This document shows positions 18,624 through 28,360 of a DNA stretch of 64,000 nt, one piece after another. The stretch's first letter is position 1. Each line of letters begins with the position of its first letter. The notes under the pieces were generated by a model. That model did no database searches, was not told the origin of the DNA, and worked only from the letters and a program-made list of their open reading frames with translations. A program made the position numbers and the translations under genes. Where the stretch lies: IMG/VR virus record IMGVR_UViG_3300029993_000005, positions 62,001 to 126,000 of that record. The stretch is one strand, 5' to 3'.

Positions 18624-19097
18624 ATGACAGTGCTAATTGTGCCAGCGACAGGTGACCCCTTTGCGCTGTACCCACAGCTTCGTACAATCTGGCCCACACC
18701 ATTTAAAGAAATGGCGGAAGAAGCGTCTAAGGACCATAGTCATACGGGACAGGTGTGGTTGATTCTGAAAGACAACGATGTGGTAGGTATTACGGGTGTG
18801 TTCGACGATGACGAATGGCCTGATGTCGTTTTATTGCGGTGGCATGGGGTCGTGCCTCAACTCAGGGGCCAAGGTATAGGTCGACTAGCACTGGACCTTC
18901 TGGTGGCTCATGTTTGTCCTAAATTCTATCCTGAGTACAAACGTTTGGTAGAATTCGTACCTCACAATGATTATGGAAAGACCAAGGTGTACCAGTTCTT
19001 CAAGCGCTGCAACTTCGTAGACTATGGACCATTGGTGGACTTAGGCTATGGTCCCAAACTGTGGCAACCTGTTTCCTTAGATATAGGAATTGCATGA
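18624..19097 (+). CDS. GNAT family acetyltransferase
   Basis: VVGITG, LRWHGVVPQLRGQGIGRLAL, FFKRCNF. Confidence 0.75.
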   Translation: MTVLIVPATGDPFALYPQLRTIWPTPFKEMAEEASKDHSHTGQVWLILKDNDVVGITGVFDDDEWPDVVLLRWHGVVPQLRGQGIGRLALDLLVAHVCPKFYPEYKRLVEFVPHNDYGKTKVYQFFKRCNFVDYGPLVDLGYGPKLWQPVSLDIGIA

Positions 19098-19591
19098 CTA
19101 GGGTCAGTACTAACGATATTGTCATGACCCCAGATTGGGTTGCTGCAGATGTTATGTCATACTTCCCAGTCAAGGGAAAATTACTTGAGCCTTGTCGCGG
19201 CGATGGTGCGTTTTACAATCTAATGCCTAGTGGTTCAGATTGGGCCGAAATACGCCAGGGGCGTGATTTCTTCGATTACAGGCATAGAGTGGATTGGATC
19301 GTCACCAATCCACCCTATTCAATTTTCAATTCATTTCTGGACCATGCACTCAATATAGCCACTAACATCGTATTTATTATACCGGTCCCAAAGCTTATGG
19401 CAAGCTATGTTAAGCTAGATAAAATTTATGCTTGGGGGTCAATAAGGGAAGTTAGATACTATGGTACAGGTCGGCAGCTGGGGTTTCCTTTCGGGTTTCC
19501 TGTGGGCGCATTCTGGCTGGTCAAGAGTAGAACGCGGGATACAATGAAGATATCATTCGCAGTCACACCAAATAAAAGGAAGCGCAAATGA
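19094..19591 (+). CDS. small N6-adenine DNA methyltransferase
   Basis: TPDWVA, LLEPCRGDGAF (SAM motif I), DWIVTNPPYS (motif IV); start refined to ATG 19094. Confidence 0.8.
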   Translation: MTRVSTNDIVMTPDWVAADVMSYFPVKGKLLEPCRGDGAFYNLMPSGSDWAEIRQGRDFFDYRHRVDWIVTNPPYSIFNSFLDHALNIATNIVFIIPVPKLMASYVKLDKIYAWGSIREVRYYGTGRQLGFPFGFPVGAFWLVKSRTRDTMKISFAVTPNKRKRK

Positions 19592-19797
19592 GACCGCTTG
19601 AAGAATGTCGTAAATATGAAGTGTTGCTACCAGATGGTACATGGCAACCTGTGCATTGGGAGCAGTTGGACAAAGGTGACACCATTCGCTGCAATCCACC
19701 GTTGTTGGGTGACATTTATCACAGCTATGAGCCTTTTCTAGTGAACCGATTACCGTACTTATCCGCTGAACCCTTACCTGCTGAGGTCAAGTTATGA
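19588..19797 (+). CDS. hypothetical protein, paralog of 25436..25675
   Basis: LEECRKYEVLLPDGTWQPVHWEQLDKGD vs LDQCSKFQILDKDRTWIDVQMVQLEPGD. Confidence 0.6.
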   Translation: MRPLEECRKYEVLLPDGTWQPVHWEQLDKGDTIRCNPPLLGDIYHSYEPFLVNRLPYLSAEPLPAEVKL

Positions 19798-20066
19798 ACC
19801 CGCTTGGCTGTACTGGTTGCTTCACCGCAGAATGCCCACTGTCCTTCTGCCACTGCGGTTGCCATCGTGAAGGTTCGAACATGATGCACTGCATGCCCTG
19901 TTGTAGTTTCGTGATGTGCCGTAAGTGCGGTGAGGCTAAGCCTAATGTGACAATGGACTTGGGTGACTTCAAGTCCACGCCCAAGATTGAAGCGGAGAAA
20001 GAGCGTGAACTGTACGCAGAACTACACAAACGTTTTGGTCCGTGTCCCAGTAAGACTGTGGACTAA
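19794..20066 (+). CDS. Cys-rich (Zn-binding) hypothetical protein
   Basis: multiple CxxC/CxC/H clusters. Confidence 0.6.
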   Translation: MNPLGCTGCFTAECPLSFCHCGCHREGSNMMHCMPCCSFVMCRKCGEAKPNVTMDLGDFKSTPKIEAEKERELYAELHKRFGPCPSKTVD

Positions 20067-20081
20067 TAAAGGGAGAACTAA

Positions 20082-20267
20082 ATGAAGATGTCGGACAAAA
20101 CCTATCACCTGACGGTCAACACTTGCATAATCATTGTCGTCTTACTAGCGGCGGCCGTATCCTTCGCGCCACACCCACACAAGAAATGGGTTGAGCACGT
20201 GGCCGTAATTTTGATGGCTGCCCTATGTTCGATCTGTGTTGGTCTACGACTGTGGGCTAAGAAATAA
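20082..20267 (+). CDS. small two-TM membrane protein
   Basis: GGGAG RBS, two hydrophobic helices. Confidence 0.55.
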   Translation: MKMSDKTYHLTVNTCIIIVVLLAAAVSFAPHPHKKWVEHVAVILMAALCSICVGLRLWAKK

Positions 20268-20295
20268 GGAAACCTATATAAAGGTGTGGAGTAAA

Positions 20296-20556
20296 ATGAT
20301 GAACGATGAACTACAGAAACTCGTAAATGAACACGACAAGGCGAAGATGGTTGCCCAGATTGCTAAGCTGGAAGTTGCTGTAGCCTTCGAGAAAATAAGA
20401 GCCGCGTGTATGCATGATAAAGAAGATCTAGAAATAAAGTCGGATTACTTCCCTGGCAGTTATTCGGATACGGCATATACTGACCGCTGGAACCAGTGTA
20501 AAGTCTGTGGTGCTAAGAGCGTAGTTGAACGAACCAGTCACGGCTACTATGGGTGA
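20296..20556 (+). CDS. hypothetical protein
   Basis: GGAG RBS before ATG 20296; C-terminal CKVC. Confidence 0.6.
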   Translation: MMNDELQKLVNEHDKAKMVAQIAKLEVAVAFEKIRAACMHDKEDLEIKSDYFPGSYSDTAYTDRWNQCKVCGAKSVVERTSHGYYG

Positions 20557-20787
20557 TTGCAAATGAAAATCAGAATGCACAGAGGTTGTCGTACCGAGTC
20601 CCTTGCAACCTTAGAGGACATACCATCAAATTTAGAGGCTGTGACTGATTATCTAGTGAGACACGACCTAGCCATCACTGATGAGGTGACAGTAGAACTC
20701 TACGTAACCATTGCAGGCGAGGATACGTATGTTGTTAGGGTTGGTGATGTTCCATGGGCATTTGCGGGCGGAGGCATACATAAATGA
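20557..20787 (+). CDS. hypothetical protein
   Basis: 76 aa, packed. Confidence 0.55.
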   Translation: MQMKIRMHRGCRTESLATLEDIPSNLEAVTDYLVRHDLAITDEVTVELYVTIAGEDTYVVRVGDVPWAFAGGGIHK

Positions 20788-21056
20788 ATGCACATCAGAG
20801 ACGTAAACTTAGGCGTCATCCAGTAGTGCGTAAGATAAAATACGTTCCTTCCGGTGTCTACGTGTGGGAATTTAATTTCTCTTCAGTGGTTCCTAACCAC
20901 AGCGGTGCAAAATATCTTCTTACCGGCTCTGTGGTGTTATGACCAAAAGATTTATTCTGGGAAAAAATTACACGGCTTGTAGCATGGGAGGCCGCGCAAC
21001 GACGCGAAAAGCGACTTGCCTCTCGCCGTAAGCAAAAGGAGCAATCGGATGCGTAA
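20784..21056 (+). pseudogene. ~90-codon gene interrupted by in-frame TGA at 20940-20942
   Basis: frame continues PKDLFWEKITRLVAWEAAQRREKRLASRRKQKEQSDA to TAA 21054-56, overlapping the next RBS/ATG. Confidence 0.5.
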
Positions 21057-21297
21057 CAGTATGAATAGCAGTCTAACCACCTCGGCGGTACCCATTTTCT
21101 TCTGTGTCGTATTTGTTCTTATTATCGCCTTTGGCGTATATGATCGGATACAACATCAAGCACTTTTACGCGCACATGGGTGCCTGTTATACACGGAAGC
21201 GCCCACCGGTCACTATCGTCTGGTAGGTAAAGTAATAACGCCTGAATACGTGTACGTCTACGAATGCACGGATGGCCTGCGCACAGAGATACGCTGA
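21049..21297 (+). CDS. membrane-anchored hypothetical protein
   Basis: AAGGAG RBS, ATG 21049, one TM segment. Confidence 0.6.
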   Translation: MRNSMNSSLTTSAVPIFFCVVFVLIIAFGVYDRIQHQALLRAHGCLLYTEAPTGHYRLVGKVITPEYVYVYECTDGLRTEIR

Positions 21298-21363
21298 AAG
21301 TTATTGAGTGATTGAATGAATGACAATGGATTCAAACTCAGCTAAGCGAAAGGAAAATAAGAA

Positions 21364-21690
21364 ATGTCAGATAGCACACCTGTTAGGCACGTGATTGTTT
21401 TGCGATACCTCTTCAAGACCCACGAGATTCGTGAATGGCGGAAACCGTACTACATATCACCCAAAGGCAGATGGTGCTTCCGCTGGGGCGCTGGTACATG
21501 GAACGGGTTGAATCCCGCCCGTATTGGTCAATTCGAATACTGGGGTGACTCCGCTGAGATGTATACGACACCCGACAGGTATCACGAGGATCGTGCCCAT
21601 TTCTATTCGTGCGTCGTCAAAGATCTCCACAGAAGGCACTTGGAGGTCGTGCGTAAATACGAAGTCAAATTCCAGCGCAAGGGTACTTGA
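21364..21690 (+). CDS. hypothetical protein
   Basis: gcgaaaggaaaataagaaATG RBS. Confidence 0.6.
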   Translation: MSDSTPVRHVIVLRYLFKTHEIREWRKPYYISPKGRWCFRWGAGTWNGLNPARIGQFEYWGDSAEMYTTPDRYHEDRAHFYSCVVKDLHRRHLEVVRKYEVKFQRKGT

Positions 21691-21717
21691 AATGGCTGTG
21701 GCTACACTGAATAGGGA

Positions 21718-23007
21718 TTGATAATGCATTTCATATTACACGTATATCAACAAATAACTGAATTAGCAAAGACAAACCAGTTGGTGGCAGGGGCTATTTC
21801 ATTGTGGGGTTTATCGGTACTTACGTACACGGCACGTAACATACCGTCTCAAGTACGGAATTTTGTTCTCGGTCAAGTTACCACCAGCTTAGTATTCAAC
21901 AACACTGGGTTCTATGGTAATCGGTACGTGTTCTTGGCTTTCTGCGAATGGTACAAAATAAACAAGGGAGCACACCTATCCAGAACACTATCTTTGGATG
22001 CCACGGATGCCCATGGTGGTGTTGTTATGGGGCCTGGTTATGGCTCACATATATTCTGGGCAGAAGGTCGTCTATTTTGGTTTGCTAAATCCAAGCTTGA
22101 GAGTAAAGCGGATATGGGCATCCAAGAAATAATAACCCTTACCACCTTTGGTCGCTCAAGAAAACCATTCGAAGTTTTAGTAGATAGGTTCAAACCTCGC
22201 GAGGATGCCGACTGTACTAAAATATTTGGGATAACAAATGATGGCAAGTGGGATTTAACAGCTGAAGTACCTAAACGATCCTGGTCATCCGTTGTCTTGT
22301 CACCGGCAACAAAGGATCAAATCACAACACAGCTAGATCAATTCTATGCAATGCGGTCTTGGTATATCGATAACGGGTTGGCACATAAGCTGTGTACGTT
22401 GGTGCATGGTAAGCCTGGGTGTGGAAAGACATCTATGATTAAGGCCTTGGCCGCCAAGTACGGGGCTAATATCTACTCGTTGAGTTTGAACTCAGTAACT
22501 GACAGATCGCTCCCAATATTTCTATCCAATGTCCCTACAGGATCATTTGTACTGATAGAAGACTTCGATTCGTATTCGGCAGTAAAGTCTCGAACGGAAC
22601 CTAAGCCGGATAGCAATAAAGTTACGGACCTGTTCGCAGACGCCGGAGGTTTGACGCTATCTGGGGTACTTAATTCATTGGACGGTGTAGTATCATTGGA
22701 TAATGTGGTGATTTTTATGACCACAAATCATATTGAAAAGATAGACCAAGCAATGCTACGCAAAGGCAGGACTGACTTGATAATGGAGTTAGGCTATATG
22801 GAAACACCGGAGATTCAAGAGTATGTGCACTCAGCTTACGGCAAAGCTATTAATGAGCAGTTCATTCCGGTAGCTGGATGCGAGCTGCAAGGGTTGTTAC
22901 TAGAACACAAGCAGAATTTTGAAACTTTCCACATAGCACTTACAACCAAGTTCGGAGCCAGTAGCACCACGGGTTCCAACATTAGTACCCTGGTAAATAG
23001 GAATTGA
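21718..23007 (+). CDS. BCS1-like AAA+ ATPase
   Basis: N-terminal TM, GPGYGSHIFW (BCS1_N-like), HGKPGCGKTS, LIEDFD, TLSGVLNSLDG, MTTNH, MLRKGRTD. Confidence 0.85.
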   Translation: MIMHFILHVYQQITELAKTNQLVAGAISLWGLSVLTYTARNIPSQVRNFVLGQVTTSLVFNNTGFYGNRYVFLAFCEWYKINKGAHLSRTLSLDATDAHGGVVMGPGYGSHIFWAEGRLFWFAKSKLESKADMGIQEIITLTTFGRSRKPFEVLVDRFKPREDADCTKIFGITNDGKWDLTAEVPKRSWSSVVLSPATKDQITTQLDQFYAMRSWYIDNGLAHKLCTLVHGKPGCGKTSMIKALAAKYGANIYSLSLNSVTDRSLPIFLSNVPTGSFVLIEDFDSYSAVKSRTEPKPDSNKVTDLFADAGGLTLSGVLNSLDGVVSLDNVVIFMTTNHIEKIDQAMLRKGRTDLIMELGYMETPEIQEYVHSAYGKAINEQFIPVAGCELQGLLLEHKQNFETFHIALTTKFGASSTTGSNISTLVNRN

Positions 23008-24038
23008 TAATGCGTGAATTTATTCTCAACCCTGATATAGAACCCCGCCCCTATACTATGTGCGGGGCCGAAAAGCTTGGACATAAACTGGCGTATATAC
23101 TAAAAGAAGCAGCTAAGTCAAAAGACTACACCTTGTTGAGCGCCAACTATGAGCAGCCACGTGATATGAACATGCCTCAGCGTATGACCCTAGGCTTCTT
23201 CGACAATTTGGCTGTTGCTTATTCCGCACACAGGTCTATAGAACTCGACCCAAAGGACCTGTGGTTTATTGTCCTATGCGAATTGGCCGACTACATCAAA
23301 AATAATCATGAACAGCTACGTTCATTGTTCACTAAAGAAAAAGGTAAGGTGACGATCCTTGTGCCGACAGCTGATCATGCACAAATTGATCTGTTAGCAG
23401 TGCTGCGCCAGCTACGTGATTTGGTGCCCTTGGATGTAGATTTGTTTGTACCCAAGCTTAGTACGCAGACTGAAGCCTGCGAACTGGCTATGGTCGCTGC
23501 TCTGTGTGATGGACTTCAACGTTATTATGACTACATGACATTTATGTGTGGCATAAAAGCCATCCGCTTACTGGGGACTCCTGAAGACTGGCTAACACTG
23601 GCACGCACCGCAGTTCAGCTGATGGCCTTGTTTATACCCATTGTTGGAACTACTGATAAAGTAATCTCATATCTGAAGAGCATTCATCAGACGTTCATCA
23701 AACTAAGCAAGTGCTACGATGAAGAGCTGATGTCCAAAGCTGAGACACTAGACTTCCTTGGACAAATATTCTCGACAACTCGCGTAGGTAGCGGCGGACA
23801 GCTCGATATCGATGGCTGGATAAGCAGCCTCTATTTCCCACGCAAGACCAAGCGTTTCGAAAATTTCCAGAATTCACTGGCTATCGTCCCTTACTCGAAT
23901 CTTGAGTCTGGACGTCAGTTCAAGACTATTCATGGTGCTTTTTCGAACTACGATGCAGACGATTTTATCGCCACGGGTTACGGACATTTTGTTTTTGAGG
24001 AAGTAGAAACTCCACCTGAACAGAAAGCAGGAGCCTAA
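23004..24038 (+). CDS. DUF4419-like protein
   Basis: GFFDNLAVAYSAHRSIELDPKDLWFIVL...LRSLF...GKVTILV, CGIKAIRLLGTPEDW, IDGWI. Confidence 0.65.
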   Translation: MIMREFILNPDIEPRPYTMCGAEKLGHKLAYILKEAAKSKDYTLLSANYEQPRDMNMPQRMTLGFFDNLAVAYSAHRSIELDPKDLWFIVLCELADYIKNNHEQLRSLFTKEKGKVTILVPTADHAQIDLLAVLRQLRDLVPLDVDLFVPKLSTQTEACELAMVAALCDGLQRYYDYMTFMCGIKAIRLLGTPEDWLTLARTAVQLMALFIPIVGTTDKVISYLKSIHQTFIKLSKCYDEELMSKAETLDFLGQIFSTTRVGSGGQLDIDGWISSLYFPRKTKRFENFQNSLAIVPYSNLESGRQFKTIHGAFSNYDADDFIATGYGHFVFEEVETPPEQKAGA

Positions 24039-24039
24039 T

Positions 24040-24372
24040 ATGGCAAAAAGATTTGAGGGCTATTCAGAGTTCCAGGCTCGCGTGTTGGACCTAGGTACTG
24101 CCAACCTTATAATGCAAGGCAAATCAGGAAGGCTGATCAGTTTCAATATTGCTGATACGCATCAAACGGCGTTCCCTCGTCATCTGTACGAGAACTGTCA
24201 GGCCATATTCGTGGTCGAACCATTTAAGGGCGAGTTCAAGTCGCCTTTGCCTGAAGGCTCAGCTTTGTACGGTGAGTATTTAGGAGCTGGTCCATTTGTG
24301 TCATGTATCAACTATATATCTGAACCTGTAACTGGGTTCAAGGTGGAGAACAGGGACCTAAAATGCGAATAG
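24040..24372 (+). CDS. hypothetical protein
   Basis: GGAG RBS. Confidence 0.6.
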   Translation: MAKRFEGYSEFQARVLDLGTANLIMQGKSGRLISFNIADTHQTAFPRHLYENCQAIFVVEPFKGEFKSPLPEGSALYGEYLGAGPFVSCINYISEPVTGFKVENRDLKCE

Positions 24373-24845
24373 TTAACTTGGACCAGTTCTTAGGGCTACC
24401 AAACGACACTGTGTTTTGCAAATATCGCCACTGTAGCTTTGGTGCCATACAGATCAAGACCTCTAATCAGGGTGGTGAATCCAAAGACTTCTACACGCAA
24501 GATCTTCTGGAGGTCAAGTGCAGTGGTAGTGGTGAATTATTCAATATTTTGTTAGACGCTGCGAACCACGACCTTTCGTTTGAGTTGGACCTTGACTGCG
24601 TGGGCCGGGATGGCTTCTACGAAAAGGATCAGCTATACGCGGTCTTCGAGCCGGCCGATGTCCAGGCTATAATCAAGCGCCTGCTCGACACGTTACCGTC
24701 GCTCCGGGAACAACCACAGTCCAGCATCCCTCCTGTGGCTCCAACTCTCGTAGACGAAAGAATGGCTGCGATGCAGCAAGAACTGTACGAGGCTATTGAC
24801 CGTGATTTCTTAAAGCGGGCGATTGCAGAACAATCTACCAAGTGA
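24363..24845 (+). CDS. hypothetical phage protein
   Basis: 160 aa, overlap-coupled. Confidence 0.65.
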   Translation: MRIVNLDQFLGLPNDTVFCKYRHCSFGAIQIKTSNQGGESKDFYTQDLLEVKCSGSGELFNILLDAANHDLSFELDLDCVGRDGFYEKDQLYAVFEPADVQAIIKRLLDTLPSLREQPQSSIPPVAPTLVDERMAAMQQELYEAIDRDFLKRAIAEQSTK

Positions 24846-24852
24846 TAAGATA

Positions 24853-25449
24853 ATGAAAACTTATTACGAAACCGGGGAATTCTTTCATCCCGAAAGCGTT
24901 GATGGTGGCGAAGACAACCTGGAGATCATTTGTTGTCAGGAGTTGATGCCGTTCCAAACTGAAAGCGGGATCCGTAATGACTTCATGCATTCTGAATACG
25001 TAGGGGTGTTGATCTCACCAGGGGATTCGTACAAGCTCCCGAGTGTAGAACTGTACTGCATGGCCCTGCACCGCAGCACCCCACGGTCTGCATCTAGATT
25101 TTATGTATGTCGGTCAGCAGCAAAGATGGTCAAGGCTGTTTATCCATTGCCTGACCTGGACTCAGTGATGACGGCCTTGGGCTACATGAAGATCTTGGGC
25201 TGCACGAAGATCGACAAGCCAAAGTCAAAGGCCTGTGCATGCGTAAGTCCTGCTGATAAACAGCAAGGTCCATGCGAGTATCAGTGGATGGTGTGGCCCG
25301 AGGGAAGCACAGAATGGGTACACACCTTTAGCAAGGACTTCGCCCGTCACGTTGCGTACACTGCTGGAGGCTCGAACGTTATTGAGTACATGCGTGTTAG
25401 GCCTGAAAACGTAACCTACAACGAGGGCTTCGCACATGAAATCTCTTGA
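24853..25449 (+). CDS. hypothetical protein
   Basis: start refined to ATG 24853. Confidence 0.55.
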   Translation: MKTYYETGEFFHPESVDGGEDNLEIICCQELMPFQTESGIRNDFMHSEYVGVLISPGDSYKLPSVELYCMALHRSTPRSASRFYVCRSAAKMVKAVYPLPDLDSVMTALGYMKILGCTKIDKPKSKACACVSPADKQQGPCEYQWMVWPEGSTEWVHTFSKDFARHVAYTAGGSNVIEYMRVRPENVTYNEGFAHEIS

Positions 25450-25675
25450 TCAGTGTTCAAAATTTCAAATTCTAGATAAGGACCGCACGTGGATTGATGT
25501 TCAAATGGTACAGTTGGAACCTGGGGATGTATATCGTAGACTCCATCCAACATCTGGACTGCCAGACCCTCAATTCGGGTTACCAGAGAAAAGAATTGTT
25601 AAGAAGGGTCCTTATATAGAAGTTCAGATACTCTTCGAAAATAATCCAACCGACGTTACGGAAACACCTGAATGA
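25436..25675 (+). CDS. hypothetical protein, paralog of 19588..19797
   Basis: shared L..C.K(F/Y).IL....W..V...QL..GD motif. Confidence 0.6.
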   Translation: MKSLDQCSKFQILDKDRTWIDVQMVQLEPGDVYRRLHPTSGLPDPQFGLPEKRIVKKGPYIEVQILFENNPTDVTETPE

Positions 25676-25953
25676 AGACTTTACAAGAAGTATTCGCTGA
25701 AAGCTTCCAACGCGATGACCTAGCCGGGGCCAAGGCCTGGGCCTTACGTTGGAATCGTGAATGGGATCAAGTCGTGCCTGATCACGACGATCCGAATGAT
25801 CCTAGTGATTGCTACAGCCAGCGGGCAATGGCTGGTCACATCTCGGACTACCTGGAAGGTTTCACTGGTACAGAACCTGCGTCATACAGTGCGAGCAACA
25901 AGAACTATATGGTGACAAAGTACGGTTCGGAAATCTATTGGGCAATGGGATAG
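25672..25953 (+). CDS. hypothetical protein
   Basis: 93 aa, overlap-coupled. Confidence 0.6.
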   Translation: MKTLQEVFAESFQRDDLAGAKAWALRWNREWDQVVPDHDDPNDPSDCYSQRAMAGHISDYLEGFTGTEPASYSASNKNYMVTKYGSEIYWAMG

Positions 25954-25965
25954 CTTGCGTGCGGT

Positions 25966-25973
25966 AGTAAATA
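25966..25973 (+). promoter_or_regulatory. AGTAAATA box
   Basis: intergenic, upstream of paralog array. Confidence 0.55.
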
Positions 25974-26001
25974 AGGTAAACACAACCCCAGAGGTTCACT
26001 T

Positions 26002-26346
26002 ATGACCGAGCAGGAAATTCAATGCGAGATTGACAAAATCGAACCGCAGTATGTTGCGGAAAGTCGCGAGGCAGAGACCCTATCGTTGTTCCGTGGTTCG
26101 CTCGCGGCGCTTCGTACCAAAGTAGAGTCTTTGATAGATTCTTACGATGAAGAAACTCTTATTATGTTCACAGCTGACGGCGAGACTTATGTGTTGAGCA
26201 GCACCGACGCTAGAGCTCACGCTATAAAGCAAATTGAAGACAGAGAAGCTAGAGCGCAGAGAAGAGAACAGAGAAAAGTAAAATACGATCGGGAGCTGTT
26301 CGAAGAACTGAAAGCACGCTTCGAACCGGAGGTTAAAAATGACTGA
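26002..26346 (+). CDS. paralog array member 1
   Basis: LFRGSLAALRTKVESLIDSY...ELFEELKARF. Confidence 0.65.
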   Translation: MTEQEIQCEIDKIEPQYVAESREAETLSLFRGSLAALRTKVESLIDSYDEETLIMFTADGETYVLSSTDARAHAIKQIEDREARAQRREQRKVKYDRELFEELKARFEPEVKND

Positions 26347-26671
26347 CAACATCGATATTTCCAAAACTAGTGCGTCCTCCGTCAAAGGAAAGGTTAAGTT
26401 GACAGGCTTTAGTTATTTCGACGGCTGGGTGTCCGAGCTACAGGACATGGTTAATGGTATTGCTGAGACTTACGGGGCTGACGCCCGCATAGAGTTAACG
26501 GATTACGAAGGCCTTGAAGTATGGGTGGTGACCGCCGCCAAGGCCCGTGAACACGTAAAGAATGAGGGGCTGCGATGCGCAGCCCGTATGAAGGCCCTAT
26601 CCGAAACTCAGGAGCAGAAAGAGCGTGAAATATATGCCGTGCTCCATGCCAAATACGGGGCATCGAAATGA
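26339..26671 (+). CDS. paralog array member 2
   Basis: YFDGWVSELQDMVNGIAETYGADARIEL...LHAKYG. Confidence 0.7.
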   Translation: MTDNIDISKTSASSVKGKVKLTGFSYFDGWVSELQDMVNGIAETYGADARIELTDYEGLEVWVVTAAKAREHVKNEGLRCAARMKALSETQEQKEREIYAVLHAKYGASK

Positions 26672-27006
26672 CCAAACGAAAAGAAAACGAATTGTTAGAT
26701 GTTCATGACATGAGTGCTAGTCTGGTCGTACCTAATAACCGCGTCTACGAACTAGAATATTTTGAGGGCTATCTGTTCGAATTGCAGGAACGCGTAACTA
26801 AGCTGATAACTACGTATGGACCACACGCGCGTATAGAGTTTTCGGCAGACAACGATTCAGCTAATGTTTATATCGCGACGCAGGAACAGATTAAAGTCCA
26901 ACTAGCTAGGGACCAGGAGCGGCACAAACAGCAGGCCAAGCTCACAAAAGAACATGAGCTTCTGCTGCTAAAGAATCTGCAAGCCAAATATGGAACTCCG
27001 AAATGA
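26668..27006 (+). CDS. paralog array member 3
   Basis: YFEGYLFELQERVTKLITTYGPHARIEF...LQAKYG. Confidence 0.7.
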   Translation: MTKRKENELLDVHDMSASLVVPNNRVYELEYFEGYLFELQERVTKLITTYGPHARIEFSADNDSANVYIATQEQIKVQLARDQERHKQQAKLTKEHELLLLKNLQAKYGTPK

Positions 27007-27326
27007 AGTACATCACAATCTTGATCATGGCCTTGTCCTTGTACGGTTGCGATGAACACTACCAAGGGACGGTGAAGGGCAAGCAGTATACGCCTGCAAC
27101 TTATGGGACTGGTATCACGTCAAATGGAAAATTAGTCTCTACATCAACAGACGCCCAATATTCGGTGGAACTCGATGGTGGGGCCTCCGACTTTGAAGTA
27201 GACCACCTATATTACAAAAAGCTAAAGCTAGGCGACGTCATCGACTACCATCGACATTTCTGGACCAGTGAAATGATGATATCCCGAGGTGGTTCGGTCG
27301 TCTTCGATAATGAGAAAACACCATGA
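27003..27326 (+). CDS. predicted lipoprotein
   Basis: signal peptide with lipobox-like LYGC. Confidence 0.6.
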   Translation: MKYITILIMALSLYGCDEHYQGTVKGKQYTPATYGTGITSNGKLVSTSTDAQYSVELDGGASDFEVDHLYYKKLKLGDVIDYHRHFWTSEMMISRGGSVVFDNEKTP

Positions 27327-27511
27327 TCAGTGTCACCGGGCTAGGCCCAGACCACAACCTAATGCTTGAAATCCACAAGGACTCTAAGTCAGAATCCTTC
27401 TTTATCTGGACCAGTGACTATTTCAAGGACTCGAACTTCAGCATCGAAGATTTGACGCGTATACGTGATGCACTTACGCGATTCATTGACTTGGAGACCC
27501 AATTCAAATGA
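27323..27511 (+). CDS. hypothetical protein
   Basis: 62 aa, overlap-coupled. Confidence 0.5.
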   Translation: MISVTGLGPDHNLMLEIHKDSKSESFFIWTSDYFKDSNFSIEDLTRIRDALTRFIDLETQFK

Positions 27512-27963
27512 GCCTCGACTGTTCGCACTGCAAGTTGCCTATCAATCAGGGCGACAATGCAATAATGATGGAAGGTGGTATCGTCCACCAACATTGTAAA
27601 CAAGCTCATGTGGCACGGCTAGAATCCACAATTGACATAAGCAACGTCAGCGCTTCTCTTGTGGACGGGAACGTCGTAATATACGAACTCAATTTATTCG
27701 ATGGTAGCCTGTCTGATTTTCAGACCTTGGTGTCCTCTGTTGTAGAAAAGTATGGGATCGACGCTCGTATCGATTTGACCAACGACTGTGGTTATTTAGA
27801 AGTTTGCGTGGCGACGGCCGAGCAGTGCAGGACGCATGTAAAACATAGGGCAGAGGTCGACAAGCAGCGGGCATTTAATAATGAGGCTGCTCGGCAGCTG
27901 GACGGGGAGAAGTACAAAGCCTTGTTCGATGCAAACTACGCCAAGTACAAGGGACTCGAATGA
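27508..27963 (+). CDS. paralog array member 4 with N-terminal CxxC...HxxC finger
   Basis: LFDGSLSDFQTLVSSVVEKYGIDARIDL...YAKYKG. Confidence 0.7.
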   Translation: MSLDCSHCKLPINQGDNAIMMEGGIVHQHCKQAHVARLESTIDISNVSASLVDGNVVIYELNLFDGSLSDFQTLVSSVVEKYGIDARIDLTNDCGYLEVCVATAEQCRTHVKHRAEVDKQRAFNNEAARQLDGEKYKALFDANYAKYKGLE

Positions 27964-28100
27964 TGCTCAAGGCCTTCCTATTAGCTTTATTGCTCTTAGC
28001 AGTGTTCTTTGGCGTCTTCTACTACGAACACCTTCTGTGGGTCGAATGCCGGGCCACCCCGCATACGTGGTGGTACTGCTATCGCACGCTTAGCCGCTAA
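27963..28100 (+). CDS. 45-aa membrane peptide
   Basis: MLKAFLLALLLLAVFFGVFYY...; fills the gap, not in ORF track. Confidence 0.5.
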   Translation: MLKAFLLALLLLAVFFGVFYYEHLLWVECRATPHTWWYCYRTLSR

Positions 28101-28108
28101 GGACTATC

Positions 28109-28360
28109 ATGAGAGATTATTTCTTTGAGACGGGTCAGCCGCTAACTGACGCCGATTCTTTTGGTAGGGCAAAGAATCTTCTAGTGGCCGCCAACCTACC
28201 TGATGCTGAAATTGATTCAATACGGTTATACCACGTAACTGAGCCGCATGAATACGCATGGGTCGAGATCACGTACTGGCGAGGCGGTGGCTTAACCATA
28301 ATGTCTCGTCCCTTTGAGATGTTTGACAACAGTAGTCCAATCTATTTAAAGGCAAAATAA
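28109..28360 (+). CDS. hypothetical protein
   Basis: AAGGA RBS. Confidence 0.6.
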   Translation: MRDYFFETGQPLTDADSFGRAKNLLVAANLPDAEIDSIRLYHVTEPHEYAWVEITYWRGGGLTIMSRPFEMFDNSSPIYLKAK

